From assembly GCA_040507985.1 (NCBI GenBank), contig JBEVNR010000001.1:16098-80097 (forward strand): a stretch of 64,000 nucleotides of DNA, in the 5' to 3' direction. Under the pieces are notes generated by a model. The model made no database searches and was not told the origin of the DNA. It saw only the letters and a list, made by a program, of their open reading frames with translations. Origin of the DNA: Rickettsiales bacterium (GTDB lineage: Bacteria; Pseudomonadota; Alphaproteobacteria; Rickettsiales; UBA6187). The position numbers were made by a program, and so were the translations under genes. Of this stretch, positions 1 through 12,493 are shown one piece after another; position 1 is the stretch's first letter; each line of letters opens with the position of its first letter.

Positions 1-1
1 A

Positions 2-394
2 ACAACAATTTTTCGATCCATCAATTATCAGGAAAGCGTTAACGCAGATGTCTCTACGGATTATCTTCACCTTTTGCATGATTTCATAGATGATATCTAT
101 GAAATATATAACGCAAGATGGACGGCTTCTTCACCGGAAGAACACAGTAATATCAATCAAGAAATGGAATCATTTTTGAACTTTGCAAGCGTATTTTTAA
201 GTCATTTTGAATCTTTTAACCGTCAAGAAGGGGGCTCAACGCGCTTTATGCCTATCCTTACCCCTATGGAAGAAATCCGAAAGCAATTCGCCGAATATAT
301 TCCGCCTGAAAATATAGCGGCTAGCGGCCAGTCCGCGTTATTACGCCTCGAACATACGATGCCATACCGTCCTGCGAAAGCGGATATTTCATAA
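2..394 (+). CDS. hypothetical protein, C-terminal part (frame open to the left window edge)
   Basis: The frame of the listed 74..394 ORF (which begins at a TTG) has no stop codon back to nt 2, so the gene probably starts upstream of the window. It is visibly AT-richer than adjacent mrdA. No motif recognised. Confidence 0.35.
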   Translation, partial: TTIFRSINYQESVNADVSTDYLHLLHDFIDDIYEIYNARWTASSPEEHSNINQEMESFLNFASVFLSHFESFNRQEGGSTRFMPILTPMEEIRKQFAEYIPPENIAASGQSALLRLEHTMPYRPAKADIS

Positions 395-460
395 TTTTGT
401 TTTAGGTCAATCTTTCGCAAACTGCCATAGCGCGGGCGTTAAAAAAAATAAATTTTTCTT

Positions 461-506
461 ACGACGCTTCTCCCGCTAAAAATACGACGCTTCTCCCGCT
501 AAAAAT
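461..506. repeat. 23-bp tandem direct duplication (ACGACGCTTCTCCCGCTAAAAAT x2)
   Basis: Two identical adjacent copies at 461-483 and 484-506. The second copy contains the mrdA stop codon and its last codons. Confidence 0.9.
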
Positions 507-2310
507 AGAGTGCGTTCACCTTTTCGGCGATGGCTTTAGCCACGGGAGCGGCGGCTTTGCCGCCCGCGCCGCCATGTTCCACCACGACGGCAAAGGCGGC
601 CTTCGGCTTAATCAGCGGGGAATACCCCACGAACAGCCCGTGATGTTCCGTTCGCTTCAGCGATTCGACGTCGCCCCGATCTTCGTATTTTTTGCGCTGT
701 TTTTTAGAAATCACCTGCACCGTTCCCGTCTTGCCGGCAAAGGAGTAGTCGCGGTTCTCCAGCGCGTGGGCGCGGGCGGTGCCGCGCGGATGGTTGACCA
801 CGTCTTCCATCGCCTGCCGCACGATGCGTAAATGGCCCTCCGGCACGCCAAGCGGCAAAGGAAGGGGAGCGCCTTTGTCGACAAGGCAGGGGAACAGTTT
901 CACCCCGGAGGCGATGCGCGCGGCCATGGTGGCCAATTGTATGGGCGTCACCAGTACGAATCCTTGCCCGATGGCCATGTTCACGCTATCGCCGGGCGAC
1001 CAACGCTGCCCGTATCGCGCCAGCTTCCATTCCGGAGTGGGAATGAGCGCGGGAATTTCCGCGCCCAGCCCGGCGCCGGTGCGCTCTCCGAACCCCATTT
1101 CCCGCGCGGCACGCACGATGGGACCGGAACCCATTTGTTTTCCGAGCGTATAAAAATACACGTTGCACGATTGGCGTATCGCCTCGCGCATGTTCACCAT
1201 GCCGTGGCCGTAAGGATTCCAGCAATGGAACACCACGTTTCCGACGTCAATATATCCCGGACATAATACGCGCTTTTCGGGATTCACCCCCTCCGCCAGC
1301 GCCCCCAGCGCAACGGTGGGCTTAAAGGTCGAGCCGGGGGGATAGCTGCTGAGGCACGGCCGGTTAAGCAGCGGCTTGCGCGGATCGTTCAGCAGTTTTT
1401 GCCACGCCGCGCCGACGATGCCCCCGGTGAAAAGATTGGCGTCGTAGCCCGGCGACGAGACGTAGGCCATAATGCCGCCGGTATCGACGTCGAGCACGAC
1501 GACGCTACCCGATTGCCCGTCCAGTTTTTTTTCGACGTGAAGCTGTAGCCGCGCGTCTAGCGCGAGCCTCACGTCTTCGCCGGGCTTGCCGGGAGAGTCC
1601 GACAATTCCCTAACGGGATAAGACTTGGCGTTCACCTCGAAATAACGCACGCCCGGAGTTCCCCGCAAATCGGCGTCGAAGGCCCGTTCGGCGCCGGTGC
1701 GTCCGGCCGTTGCCCCTTCGATGCGAAATTCCGGATTGTCTTTTGCCTCCTCTTCCGTCGGCACGCCCACATAGCCCGTAATTTGGCTGCACGACTCGCG
1801 TAGCGGAAAGCGGCGACGGTACACGGCGTCGACGAACACGTAGCGCAGCTCCGGCCGTCTGGCCTCGATGATCGCCGTCTCTCCCCACGACAAGTCGTTA
1901 AGCAAGATGCGCGCCTGCTTTTCCCCCAGCCGTCCAAGCTTCGTTTTATCCTGATGCTCCAAGGCGCGACGCAATTCTTCTCGCCTCTCCGGCGACAATG
2001 CGAGCAAGACGCAAATATCGTCGTATATTTTATTGACTTCCTTCATCGCCTCCTCGTCGGCGGCAAGCCGAAACTCCAGGTGGTTCTCGGCCAACGCCAC
2101 GCGGTTGCGATCAAGGATTTTTCCGCGCATCGCCGGCACGTAGCGTTTTTTTATGCGGTTTTTGTCCGACATTTTTCGGTACGCGTCAGTTTTCACCGAT
2201 TGTAAATAGTAAAGCCGCGACGAAATGCCTAAAATGGACAAGGTTTTGACGACGCCCAGAAAAAAAGCGCGCCTCCCGAATCGCGCTTGCAGGTCGCGCC
2301 CTTTAGACAT
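499..2310 (-). CDS. mrdA: penicillin-binding protein 2 (peptidoglycan D,D-transpeptidase)
   Basis: 603 aa with an N-terminal membrane anchor. Transpeptidase motifs are present: STFK (SxxK), SCN (SxN) and KTGT. Confidence 0.93.
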   Translation of the reverse strand: MSKGRDLQARFGRRAFFLGVVKTLSILGISSRLYYLQSVKTDAYRKMSDKNRIKKRYVPAMRGKILDRNRVALAENHLEFRLAADEEAMKEVNKIYDDICVLLALSPERREELRRALEHQDKTKLGRLGEKQARILLNDLSWGETAIIEARRPELRYVFVDAVYRRRFPLRESCSQITGYVGVPTEEEAKDNPEFRIEGATAGRTGAERAFDADLRGTPGVRYFEVNAKSYPVRELSDSPGKPGEDVRLALDARLQLHVEKKLDGQSGSVVVLDVDTGGIMAYVSSPGYDANLFTGGIVGAAWQKLLNDPRKPLLNRPCLSSYPPGSTFKPTVALGALAEGVNPEKRVLCPGYIDVGNVVFHCWNPYGHGMVNMREAIRQSCNVYFYTLGKQMGSGPIVRAAREMGFGERTGAGLGAEIPALIPTPEWKLARYGQRWSPGDSVNMAIGQGFVLVTPIQLATMAARIASGVKLFPCLVDKGAPLPLPLGVPEGHLRIVRQAMEDVVNHPRGTARAHALENRDYSFAGKTGTVQVISKKQRKKYEDRGDVESLKRTEHHGLFVGYSPLIKPKAAFAVVVEHGGAGGKAAAPVAKAIAEKVNALYF

Positions 2311-2581
2311 TGGCGCGCTCCGTCCCGGACGGGGTCGAAAATCTGTGGATCATGCAAAAACGTCCCTCTTTTGCCTTAGAGCCTATGAGATCATTTTAAA
2401 GTGGATTCACTATCATATCCCGTCATCCCGATAAAAGTCGGAATATCTTTATAAACGATGACGGCATGCCGCTTTATAGCGGGATGGCGAGTTATTAGAT
2501 ATTTCATGCGTCAAATAACAGATTTCCCGTCATTTTTTGTTTTTTACATCAACACATAATGATTGGCGTCCTTCGTACGGC

Positions 2582-4396
2582 TTAATCGTCCGTCACCTTC
2601 AGGGCTTGAATGAAGGCGCTTTGCGGAATGTCGACGTTGCCGATGTTACGCATTTTCTTTTTGCCCTTCTTCTGCTTCTCCAGCAATTTGCGCTTGCGGG
2701 TAATGTCGCCGCCGTAGCATTTGGCGGTGACGTCCTTCCGCATGGCGCTCACCGTCTCGCGCGCGATCACCTTGCCGCCGATGGCCGCCTGAATCGCGAT
2801 TTTAAACATTTGCCGGGGGATTAAGTCTTTCAGCCTTGTGCATAGCTCGCGCCCGCGCGACTCGGCGCGGGTTTTGTGGACGATCATCGCCAGCGCGTCC
2901 ACAGGTTCGCCGTTAATGAGGATGTTCACCTTCGCCATGTCGCTGTCTTCGTAGCCGGCATGCTCCCATTCAAAGCTGGCGTAGCCGCGCGTGCATGATT
3001 TTAGCCGATCGTAGAAGTCGAACACGGTTTCGTTGAGCGGCAATTTATAGCGCACCAGCGCGCGCTTGCCGACATAGGTCAATTCGATTTGCACCCCGCG
3101 CTTTCCCGTGCATAGGGACAGGATGCTGCCTAAATATTCGTCCGGCGTCATGATGGTGGCGGCGATCCACGGCTCTTGCCAGCCGCGAATCTTCACCGGG
3201 TCCGGCATGTCGGCCGGGTTGTGCAGCGTCATTTCGCTCCCGTCGATAAGCTCCAGCCTATAGGCGACGCTCGGCGCGGTGGTGATCAGGTCGAGGTCGT
3301 ATTCCCTCTCCAGCCGCTCTTGAATGATTTCCAAATGCAACAGCCCCAAAAATCCGCACCGAAAGCCCATGCCAAGCGCGGCGGAGCTTTCTTTCTCGTA
3401 GGAAAAACCGGAGTCGTTGAGGCGCAGCATCGCCACGGAATCCTTCAATTTTTCGTACTCGGAGGCGTCGGTCGGAAACAGGCTGCAAAACACCACCGGC
3501 AGGTTGGGCTTAAACCCGGTCAGCGCCGCGTCGCATTGCCGCCCCTCTTCGGTGATGGTGTCGCCGATTTTACAATCGGCCACTTCTTTAATGGACGCGG
3601 TGATGAAGCCGATCTCGCCCGGATAGAGCGCGTCCGTCATGTATTGCTTTGGCGTGAAATAGCCGATGCGTTCGGCGTTATACACCGTCCTGGCTTGCAT
3701 CATGCGGATTTTCGTGCCTTTTTTGAGCGTGCCGTCCATCACGCGCACAAGCACGATGACGCCCAAATAAGGGTCGTACCAGCTATCCACCAGCAGCGCC
3801 CTCAGCGGCGCGTTCGGGTCGCCCTTGGGCGCGGGGATAATCTTCACGATATTTTCCAGAATCTCATGAATGCCTATGCCCGCCTTGGCCGAACACGGCA
3901 CCGCCCCGGAGGCGTCGATGCCGATCACCTCTTCGATTTGCTCCTTCACCCGCTCCGGTTCGGCGGCCGGCAGGTCGATTTTGTTTAACACGGGAACGAT
4001 TTCGTGGTTGCAGTCGATGGCCTGGTAGACGTTCGCCAGCGTTTGCGCCTCCACCCCTTGCGAGGCGTCCACCACCAACACCGATCCTTCGCACGAGGCG
4101 AGCGAGCGGCTCACTTCGTACGAAAAATCGACGTGGCCGGGCGTGTCCATTAAGTTCAGCATGTAATCCAGCCCGTCGTCGGCCTTATAGATAAGCCGAA
4201 CGGTTTGCGCCTTGATGGTGATGCCGCGCTCTTTTTCTATGTCCATGCTGTCGAGCACCTGCTCCTTCATCTCGCGCTCCTCCAGCCCTCCGCAGGTTTG
4301 GATCAGGCGGTCGGCCAAGGTCGATTTCCCGTGGTCGATATGGGCGATGATCGCGAAGTTGCGAATGCGGGAAATGGGAACGTGTATGTCTGTCAT
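2582..4396 (-). CDS. lepA: translation elongation factor 4 (LepA)
   Basis: 604 aa. GTPase motifs [14 protein letters not shown] and NKID are present, with the LepA-type C-terminal region. Confidence 0.97.
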   Translation of the reverse strand: MTDIHVPISRIRNFAIIAHIDHGKSTLADRLIQTCGGLEEREMKEQVLDSMDIEKERGITIKAQTVRLIYKADDGLDYMLNLMDTPGHVDFSYEVSRSLASCEGSVLVVDASQGVEAQTLANVYQAIDCNHEIVPVLNKIDLPAAEPERVKEQIEEVIGIDASGAVPCSAKAGIGIHEILENIVKIIPAPKGDPNAPLRALLVDSWYDPYLGVIVLVRVMDGTLKKGTKIRMMQARTVYNAERIGYFTPKQYMTDALYPGEIGFITASIKEVADCKIGDTITEEGRQCDAALTGFKPNLPVVFCSLFPTDASEYEKLKDSVAMLRLNDSGFSYEKESSAALGMGFRCGFLGLLHLEIIQERLEREYDLDLITTAPSVAYRLELIDGSEMTLHNPADMPDPVKIRGWQEPWIAATIMTPDEYLGSILSLCTGKRGVQIELTYVGKRALVRYKLPLNETVFDFYDRLKSCTRGYASFEWEHAGYEDSDMAKVNILINGEPVDALAMIVHKTRAESRGRELCTRLKDLIPRQMFKIAIQAAIGGKVIARETVSAMRKDVTAKCYGGDITRKRKLLEKQKKGKKKMRNIGNVDIPQSAFIQALKVTDD

Positions 4397-4744
4397 AAGC
4401 CAAGTAAAGCAGGGTGGATTGCGCGCGCCATTCTAGCGGGAGGGCGGCGGATTGGCGAGGGAAAAATTGGCGGGAGGAAAAAGGCCGTGAACCGACGCCC
4501 CATGTTTTTTAATTCCAAATTTTTTTATACCCCAAATATGTACCCCTAAGAAATTATCATTAGCTCAGCTAATAAAAAGGATGGAAACGAGCGGACGCGT
4601 TCGCCGGGAAGCGCGGTAAGAAGCAAGCGTAACGGCGGACTGAATGTTATACTCCGATAGCGGCGCATAGTTTTTGCTTGCATCTTAAAGAAGGCGAGCT
4701 TAGGTATAATTCGTTCCCAAAATGAACCGCCTTCCATAACCGCC

Positions 4745-5272
4745 ATGAAAACCCTCACGTTACTTCGCCATGCCGAGGCGGCGCCCGCCGCCGGCCGTAA
4801 CGACAAACGCCGTCCTTTAACCCAACGGGGGGCGAACGAGGCCCGCGCGCTCGGGGGAGCGCTGGCGGAGAGTTTCTCCACGGACGCAGACGCCACGCGC
4901 GTCCTCTGTTCCGACGCCGTCCGCACCACGCAAACGGCGGAAAAATTAACGGGCCAAGAAATCGGACGACGCCTTCCGCTCGAAAGCGACGCGGCGCTGT
5001 ACAACGCCTCGGCGCAGAAAATATTTTCCGTGATAGCGACGCAAGACGACGGGCTTCGCGCGCTTGCGGTCGTTGCGCACAACCCCGGCATATCGGAGGC
5101 GTGCGCCGCCCTATGCGACCGATTGGGTAAAAGAGGCGATGAACGGCCGTCCCTTCCCCTTGCGCCGGCCACCGGAATGCGCTTCGTCTTTGAGGTGAAG
5201 TCATGGCGGGAATGCGTCGGCGCCGCGCCCGTCTCAGGGGCGTTCGTTACGCCGCATAAGGAGGCGACATGA
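4745..5272 (+). CDS. sixA: SixA-like histidine phosphatase family protein
   Basis: 175 aa. The N-terminal LTLLRHAEA (RHG-type catalytic motif) followed by RPLTQRG is typical of short SixA-type phosphohistidine phosphatases. Confidence 0.7.
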   Translation: MKTLTLLRHAEAAPAAGRNDKRRPLTQRGANEARALGGALAESFSTDADATRVLCSDAVRTTQTAEKLTGQEIGRRLPLESDAALYNASAQKIFSVIATQDDGLRALAVVAHNPGISEACAALCDRLGKRGDERPSLPLAPATGMRFVFEVKSWRECVGAAPVSGAFVTPHKEAT

Positions 5273-6036
5273 AAGAAAAAAACGGCTTCTCGCTCGTGGA
5301 AATGAGCGTCGTCATCGTGATTATCGGCTTGCTCGCGGCGGCGGTGACGGCGGGCAAGGGATTGCTGCGTTCCATGCGCATAAAATCTATGGCGGCGCTG
5401 GCCGAGGAATATAAAGGTGCGTTGGTGCAATTTTCGTCCATTTACCAAGGATTGCCGGGCGACCTCGTGAACGCGACCCAGTTTTTTGACGCCGCCTCCC
5501 TTCCGACTTCGTCCGAAGGCGCGTGCGACAACGGCGCCCTTTCCTCGCTAAACGGCAACGGAGACGGCAAAATTGCGGCAGGCGCGGAATCGACGCTCGC
5601 GAACCTGCATTTAAGTTTGGCCGAACTCACCAAAAAAACCTATTGCGGCGTGTGGTCCGGCAATTTCGACGTCGGCGTGAACGCCATAGAAAGCAAGGTG
5701 GCCAAAGGCGCGGCGATGCGCGTCGTGTGTTGCGCGGACGACGATTACCCGCGCAGCCTGCCCATGCGCAACCATTTCGAGTTTTTTGCGCTCTCGCCCT
5801 TGGCTGCGGGAGAGCGCGACGGCGTGCTGTCGCCGAAAGAGGCGCGCGACTTCGACCAAAAACTCGACGACGGCAATCCCGACGCCGGCTTTATCGCCGC
5901 CGGGGGAAAATTCGACGGCGGCGGATATGCAAGCGCGGGATGTTACCAAAACGCGGCCGATTCCGCCCTGTACGACGTATCGTCCGCAACGAGCGACGAT
6001 CCCTCCTCGTGCCGCATGATGTTCGGCTACGACTAA
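5269..6036 (+). CDS. prepilin-type N-terminal cleavage/methylation domain protein (pilin/pseudopilin-like, paralog 1)
   Basis: Leader MKEKNG then FSLVEMSVVIVIIGLLAA (G|F cleavage site, Glu at +5, hydrophobic helix). Its ATG overlaps the sixA stop (ATGA) with AAGGAGG just upstream. It shares the PGD, GNGDG and DxKxDDGxP motifs with 26624..27451 and 27636..28397. Confidence 0.8.
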   Translation: MKEKNGFSLVEMSVVIVIIGLLAAAVTAGKGLLRSMRIKSMAALAEEYKGALVQFSSIYQGLPGDLVNATQFFDAASLPTSSEGACDNGALSSLNGNGDGKIAAGAESTLANLHLSLAELTKKTYCGVWSGNFDVGVNAIESKVAKGAAMRVVCCADDDYPRSLPMRNHFEFFALSPLAAGERDGVLSPKEARDFDQKLDDGNPDAGFIAAGGKFDGGGYASAGCYQNAADSALYDVSSATSDDPSSCRMMFGYD

Positions 6037-6080
6037 GAGCCTGTAGCAAATTAAGGATATGCAGAAAATCTATTATAGGA

Positions 6081-7220
6081 CTACGCATGCTCCTCGGCGG
6101 CCATGCTTCCCTCGTACCTCGCCGTAAATTCCTCGGCGAATTGGCGCGCGCGTTTTTTTTCTATCGCCTCGCGCAACCGCTCGGTAAGGCGAAGGTAAAA
6201 GCGAATATTGTGCGCGGTCGTCAGCATCGACGCCAAAATTTCGCCCGCCTTGGTTAAATGGTGCAGATAGGCGCGGCTGTGGCCGGCGGAACAAGAGAGG
6301 CAATCGCAATCGGCGTCGAGCGGCGAAAGGTCTTCGGCGTATTTCGCGTTGCGAAGGTTGATCGCCCCGTGCCGCGTAAACGCCTGCCCGTTGCGGCCGG
6401 AGCGCGACGGCATGACGCAGTCGAACATATCCACCCCGCGCAACACCGCGCCGACTATGTCAAGCGGCTTGCCGACGCCCATTAAATAGCGCGGCTTGTC
6501 TTTGGGAAGCATGGGCGCGGTGACGTCCAGCATCGAGAACATCTTCTCCTGCCCTTCCCCGACCGCCAACCCCCCGATCGCGTAACCGTCGAATCCGATC
6601 GCCCGCAATCCGTCCGACGACGTTTTTCGTAATTCCGGAGACATGCCCCCTTGCACGATGCCGAACAATCCGTAGCCGTCGCGGGGAACGAACGCCTCTT
6701 TCGAGCGCTTCGCCCATCGCAGCGACAATTCGGTCGAGCGGCACGTTTCCTCCTCGGTGGCGGGATAGCGCAGGCATTCGTCGAAAATCATGGTGATTGT
6801 GCTGCCGAGGGCGCGTTGAATCTCCATCGAGCGCTCGGGCGACAACATATGCCGGCTGCCGTCAATATGCGACGCGAATTCGACGCCATGTTCCGTCACT
6901 TTCGCCAATCCGGATAAAGACATGACCTGAAACCCGCCGGAGTCGGTCAAGATAGGCCCGTCCCACCCCATAAAGCGCCGAAGACCGCCCAGTTTTTCGA
7001 CGCGCTCCGCTCCCGGGCGCAGCATTAAATGGTAGGTGTTGCCGAGAATAACCTGCGCGCCGGCGTCGCGTATCATGCCGGGCGTCATCGCCTTGACGGT
7101 GGCTTGCGTGCCGACGGGCATAAAAATCGGCGTGCGGATTTCGCCATGGGCCGTTTTGAGAAGTCCGGCGCGGGCGAAACCATCGGTCGCGTGCAGGGAA
7201 AAGGAAAAGCTATTGGACAT
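6081..7220 (-). CDS. tgt: tRNA-guanine transglycosylase
   Basis: 379 aa. Motifs LGNTYHL and TDSGGFQ are present, with the zinc site CDCLSC...H. Confidence 0.97.
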   Translation of the reverse strand: MSNSFSFSLHATDGFARAGLLKTAHGEIRTPIFMPVGTQATVKAMTPGMIRDAGAQVILGNTYHLMLRPGAERVEKLGGLRRFMGWDGPILTDSGGFQVMSLSGLAKVTEHGVEFASHIDGSRHMLSPERSMEIQRALGSTITMIFDECLRYPATEEETCRSTELSLRWAKRSKEAFVPRDGYGLFGIVQGGMSPELRKTSSDGLRAIGFDGYAIGGLAVGEGQEKMFSMLDVTAPMLPKDKPRYLMGVGKPLDIVGAVLRGVDMFDCVMPSRSGRNGQAFTRHGAINLRNAKYAEDLSPLDADCDCLSCSAGHSRAYLHHLTKAGEILASMLTTAHNIRFYLRLTERLREAIEKKRARQFAEEFTARYEGSMAAEEHA

Positions 7221-8319
7221 AGGAAAAACGATGAAGCGACGAGGGGTTGACGATAAAACACGCGTCGCCGTAAGAGAAAAAGCGATATTTTTCCTCTATG
7301 GCGCATTCATAGGCCGATAACATGCGCCGCCTTCCGCACAGCGTCGACACGAGCATGGCCAGCGTCGATTTCGGCAGGTGGAAATTGGTAAGCAGCGCGT
7401 CCGCGACGTTAAACCGATAGCCCGGGCGAATGAAAAGGCGCGTCTCCGCCTCGCCCGGCATGACGGCGTTGGCTTTCTTGCTCCACGCCGCCTCAAGCGT
7501 GCGCGCGGCGGTGGTGCCGACGCAAATCACGGCGCGCCCTTCCCGCCCGGCGGCGTTTACCTCCCGCGCCGCTTCTTCCGATACGATATAACGTTCCTTA
7601 TGCATGACATGGTCGCGGACGTCGTCGGTTTTCACCGGCGCGAACGTACCTAGGCCGACATGCAGCGTTACTTTTACCGTTCTGCACAAGCGCTCCTCGC
7701 ATCTCGCCAATATTTCGGGCGTGAAATGCAGCCCGGCCGTCGGCGCGGCGAGCGATCCCGCCGCATCGGCGTACACGGTTTGGTAACGGGCGAAATCTTC
7801 TTCGCCGAACGCCTCGTCACCGCGTTGCTTGCGTTCCTTCACGATATAGGGAGGAAGCGCGGGGCGCCCGTATGACGCAAGCAGCGCCGAAAACCCCGCC
7901 GGCCCTTCCGCAATCCGAAATAGGCTTTGCGCGCCGTCTTTTTTGTCGTTGCGAAGCACATATTCCCCGCACCGGAGAAGGTCGCCTTCCTCGACGTGCC
8001 TGGCAGGCAAGACGAAGGCGCGGCGCTCCGCCTCGCCTTCCGTATCGACGCACGTCAATTCTAGCGCGCGTCGATTTTTCTCGTTGATTACGCTTAACGA
8101 GGAAGGCACGACCTTGCTGTCGTTCACGACGATTACGCTGCCTTTGGGAATAATCTGCGGAAGGCGTTGAAAAACCGTATGGGTTATTCCCCCGTGCGTC
8201 ATTGCCAAAAGGCGCGATCCGTCCCGCCGCTCGCACGGACGCGTCGCAATCAATGCCTTGGGCACGTGAAAGTCGTAAGAAGACAAGAGGTCGTCCGGAG
8301 CGGCGGCGGTGCGCGTCAT
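7210..8319 (-). CDS. queA: S-adenosylmethionine:tRNA ribosyltransferase-isomerase
   Basis: 369 aa with motifs GTTAARTLE and [10 protein letters not shown]. It overlaps the tgt start by 11 nt (queA-tgt operon). Confidence 0.95.
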   Translation of the reverse strand: MTRTAAAPDDLLSSYDFHVPKALIATRPCERRDGSRLLAMTHGGITHTVFQRLPQIIPKGSVIVVNDSKVVPSSLSVINEKNRRALELTCVDTEGEAERRAFVLPARHVEEGDLLRCGEYVLRNDKKDGAQSLFRIAEGPAGFSALLASYGRPALPPYIVKERKQRGDEAFGEEDFARYQTVYADAAGSLAAPTAGLHFTPEILARCEERLCRTVKVTLHVGLGTFAPVKTDDVRDHVMHKERYIVSEEAAREVNAAGREGRAVICVGTTAARTLEAAWSKKANAVMPGEAETRLFIRPGYRFNVADALLTNFHLPKSTLAMLVSTLCGRRRMLSAYECAIEEKYRFFSYGDACFIVNPSSLHRFSYVQ

Positions 8320-8554
8320 AGGCTTTTAGGGTAACAAAGAGGGGGAAGAGCGGCGTCACGTGCTATCTTTGGGAAAGGCGTGATATGTTTTTTACAATAG
8401 CTCAGTATTCCTTCAAAAGGATATCACATTTTTTGCTAAAAAAATCCCTAAAAATCATCTCGCTTCAATAAAGCGCATACAGCCTAAGTGACCGTTGAAT
8501 TTTAAGGGTAGCTTAATCTTGGAATATCGATGGCGTATGGAAGCCATCAGGCGC

Positions 8555-9298
8555 TTAAGCGGAACAAAATTCGTGACGTTCTTTTTTTCGAGAAATTATT
8601 AATATGACAATAAATAATGCGGCCGTAACGGCGGAAGCCTGCATCGTGCCTAAATCCAATCCTCCCTTGTCATGCGATTTTGTTAATAAATCGCCGAAGG
8701 TGGCTCCGAACGGGCGCGTAAAAATAAAAGCGACCCAGAACAAAAAAACGTGGTTTATGCGAGTGGCATAATGAAGGAACAACACGGCGAGAATGACGCC
8801 GGACGTAATAAGCGCCCCTTGCATATAGCTTAACGCAAGGTTGTCCGTCAGGTAATCGCCGAATGCCGTACCCAGGCTGTTTGAAAACAGAACCGCAACC
8901 CAAAACATGATTTCAGGTCTGCGACGATCGATCGGATACACTTGCAGCGTTTTTTCCTTGCAACGCCAGATAGCCAAAGTGATAAGCAAGCCTGAGGTTA
9001 AGACAAGCGAACCATAAAAGTAGCCCAACCCTAACGTCCTGTCCGTCATGTCCGAAATTTCGGTGCCGACCGTGGTGGTGCCGATAATGGCCGCCCAGAA
9101 GAGCGGAGCATGAAATTTTTCGGCCCGCACTTGAAAAAACAGCAATGCCAGCAAAATGGCGCCGGTAAGGAGAAGGCTTACCGCATACCCCATATTCAGC
9201 GTCATGGACAACATGTCCCCGGTAGTTTCGCCCAACGTGGTGGCAAGAATTTTCAACGCCCAGAAATAAACGGTGATTTGGGCAATTTTATTTTTCAT
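8555..9298 (-). CDS. integral membrane protein with four G-x3-GD repeats (COG4705-like)
   Basis: Multi-pass hydrophobic protein with four internal repeats (LGETTGD, VGTEISD, LGTAFGD, FGATFGD). I prefer the ATG at 9298 because AAGGAG lies 6 nt upstream; the track ORF extends to 9340. Confidence 0.65.
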   Translation of the reverse strand: MKNKIAQITVYFWALKILATTLGETTGDMLSMTLNMGYAVSLLLTGAILLALLFFQVRAEKFHAPLFWAAIIGTTTVGTEISDMTDRTLGLGYFYGSLVLTSGLLITLAIWRCKEKTLQVYPIDRRRPEIMFWVAVLFSNSLGTAFGDYLTDNLALSYMQGALITSGVILAVLFLHYATRINHVFLFWVAFIFTRPFGATFGDLLTKSHDKGGLDLGTMQASAVTAALFIVILIISRKKERHEFCSA

Positions 9299-9400
9299 GG
9301 CAATCTCCTTTTTGGGCAATGCAATGTATATACTATGCACGAAAACTTAAGAGAAACTGAGCGCTCGATTTTTTTTAGGGGTTGCCATGGAAGAATATAT

Positions 9401-9546
9401 TAGACCTCTTGCAAAACCCGCTACGGCGAGATGGATACGTGTCATCGCCCGCCCGCAGAACCGCAGCGTACTTAGGTACGTGAGGATTCGAGGACGGACG
9501 ATGGCGCGCAGACGTCCGCCGTAGGTAGGGTTTTGCAAGAGGTCTA
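9401..9546. mobile_element. MITE-like palindromic element (TAGACCTCTTGCAAAACCC termini)
   Basis: About 28-nt terminal inverted repeats: TAGACCTCTTGCAAAACCCGCTACGGCG at the left and its reverse complement, with one small indel, at the right. The central core GCAGCGTACTTAGGTACGTGAGG is shared with the AGGACT-type elements. Confidence 0.65.
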
Positions 9547-9810
9547 TTTATTTGAAGCCAACGGAAATCAGTATGCGCTTGAATGGAGCATATTCGTCGT
9601 CATGTGCTTTTGGAATTGCTTCCGGGAGGTAAGAAATTCGCGTCAGGAAGCGATTCCATACCCTATTTGTTGGGTCTTAGAGAGAGGAATGCGGAACGGC
9701 CTGAGGTCAAAAATCGGAAGAGCTAACGACCGAAGACAACCTTCCGCCTTAAGGGCAAGCCAATAGTTTTTCGTTAACGTAGTAAAAATTCAGAGAGGAT
9801 TCTTCATCGA

Positions 9811-9966
9811 TAGATCAGACTTCTTGCATAAATCGAGCTACCGGCGAAGTGAATATGAGGGGAGCGTTCGCCCACAGAAGCGCAGCGTACTAAGCGTACG
9901 TGAACAGTCTATGGCGAATGGTTATGCATAGAGGTCCGCCGTAGATAGCGTTATCCGAAAGGTCCA
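9811..9966. mobile_element. degenerate second copy of the 9401..9546 element
   Basis: The right end CGCCGTAGATAGCGTTATCCGAAAGGTCCA parallels the right end of the first copy. The left end TAGATCAGACTTCTTGCATAAATCGAGCTACCGGCGA is a decayed terminus. Same GCGCAGCGTACTAAGCGTACGTGA core. Confidence 0.5.
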
Positions 9967-10132
9967 TTGTATCGAAATTGTTGCAGGTATCCGTATAAAG
10001 AGAATCTACCGGAAATTCTGATGGGAAAGGCGTTTTTATCGTATGTTTTAAAGCCTTAATTTGTAAAATTATACAACATGCCGAGCGTTGAAGCGCCGCC
10101 AAAACGTGATTGATTTTTCTGTTAAGCGCAAT

Positions 10133-10176
10133 AAATGCCGCAATTTTTATACAGAGATTGCGGCATTTATTTTTAT
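10133..10176. terminator. stem-loop downstream of rpsU (possible terminator)
   Basis: Perfect 12-bp stem AAATGCCGCAAT / ATTGCGGCATTT with a 12-nt loop, starting 16 nt past the rpsU stop. The T-run is strong only on the plus strand, so the function for the minus-strand gene is uncertain. Confidence 0.4.
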
Positions 10177-10188
10177 GTTTATGAACAA

Positions 10189-10389
10189 TTAATCGTATTG
10201 TTCGCGCTTACGGTTTAGCTTAACCAGACGCCGCTTCGACTCGGCTTGATCCTGTTTTTTTTGCTCGCTTGCGGAGATATGGCACCGAATGCGCTTTATG
10301 TCGCGAAAGAAACCTTCGCGCTGTAATTTTTTCTTCCAAGCGCGCAACGCTTGGTCAACGTTATTATCTCGTACCACTACGTAAGACAA
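10189..10389 (-). CDS. rpsU: 30S ribosomal protein S21
   Basis: VVVRDNNVDQALRAWKKKLQREGFFRDIK matches the conserved S21 core. I prefer the TTG at 10389 (AAGGGGG 8 nt upstream, giving the usual ~66-aa length) over the track ATG at 10419. Confidence 0.88.
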   Translation of the reverse strand: MSYVVVRDNNVDQALRAWKKKLQREGFFRDIKRIRCHISASEQKKQDQAESKRRLVKLNRKREQYD

Positions 10390-10582
10390 CTCACTTACCC
10401 CCTTTTCGCCAAAGATCATAGTTATAACCAGTGAGAGTTTCTTACCTTACCGTATTTTTAATGATGGCGCCAGAGTTATTTGGCGTTATTTTGCCGAAAA
10501 TACGTGAAATACGTCGTTCGCACTTCTTAACGCCGGCGTCGTCCTTGACAAACGCTCCGGCAAAAGGCATATCTTAAACTAA

Positions 10583-12475
<1,893 letters not shown>

Positions 12476-12493
12476 CAACCGTGAGCGCTACAT

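Noticed and set aside
2311-2581. Imperfect inverted repeats (CCGTCATC...GATGACGG; TCCCGATAAAAGTCGGAA) between mrdA and lepA as another MITE copy
   Set aside because: They only loosely resemble the GTCATTCCCGC hairpin family. There are no matching termini or core, which is insufficient to assign them.
4546-5448. 300-aa minus-strand ORF overlapping the sixA-like and pilin-like genes. Similar long antisense ORFs occur at 10832..11806, 12737..13633, 22778..23548, 24977..25747, 32132..33130, 42262..43164, 5523..6257 and 61201..61926.
   Set aside because: They lie antisense or out of frame to genes with clear family motifs. They are Arg/Ala/Pro-rich and low-complexity, and are the expected stop-free shadow frames of high-GC coding DNA.
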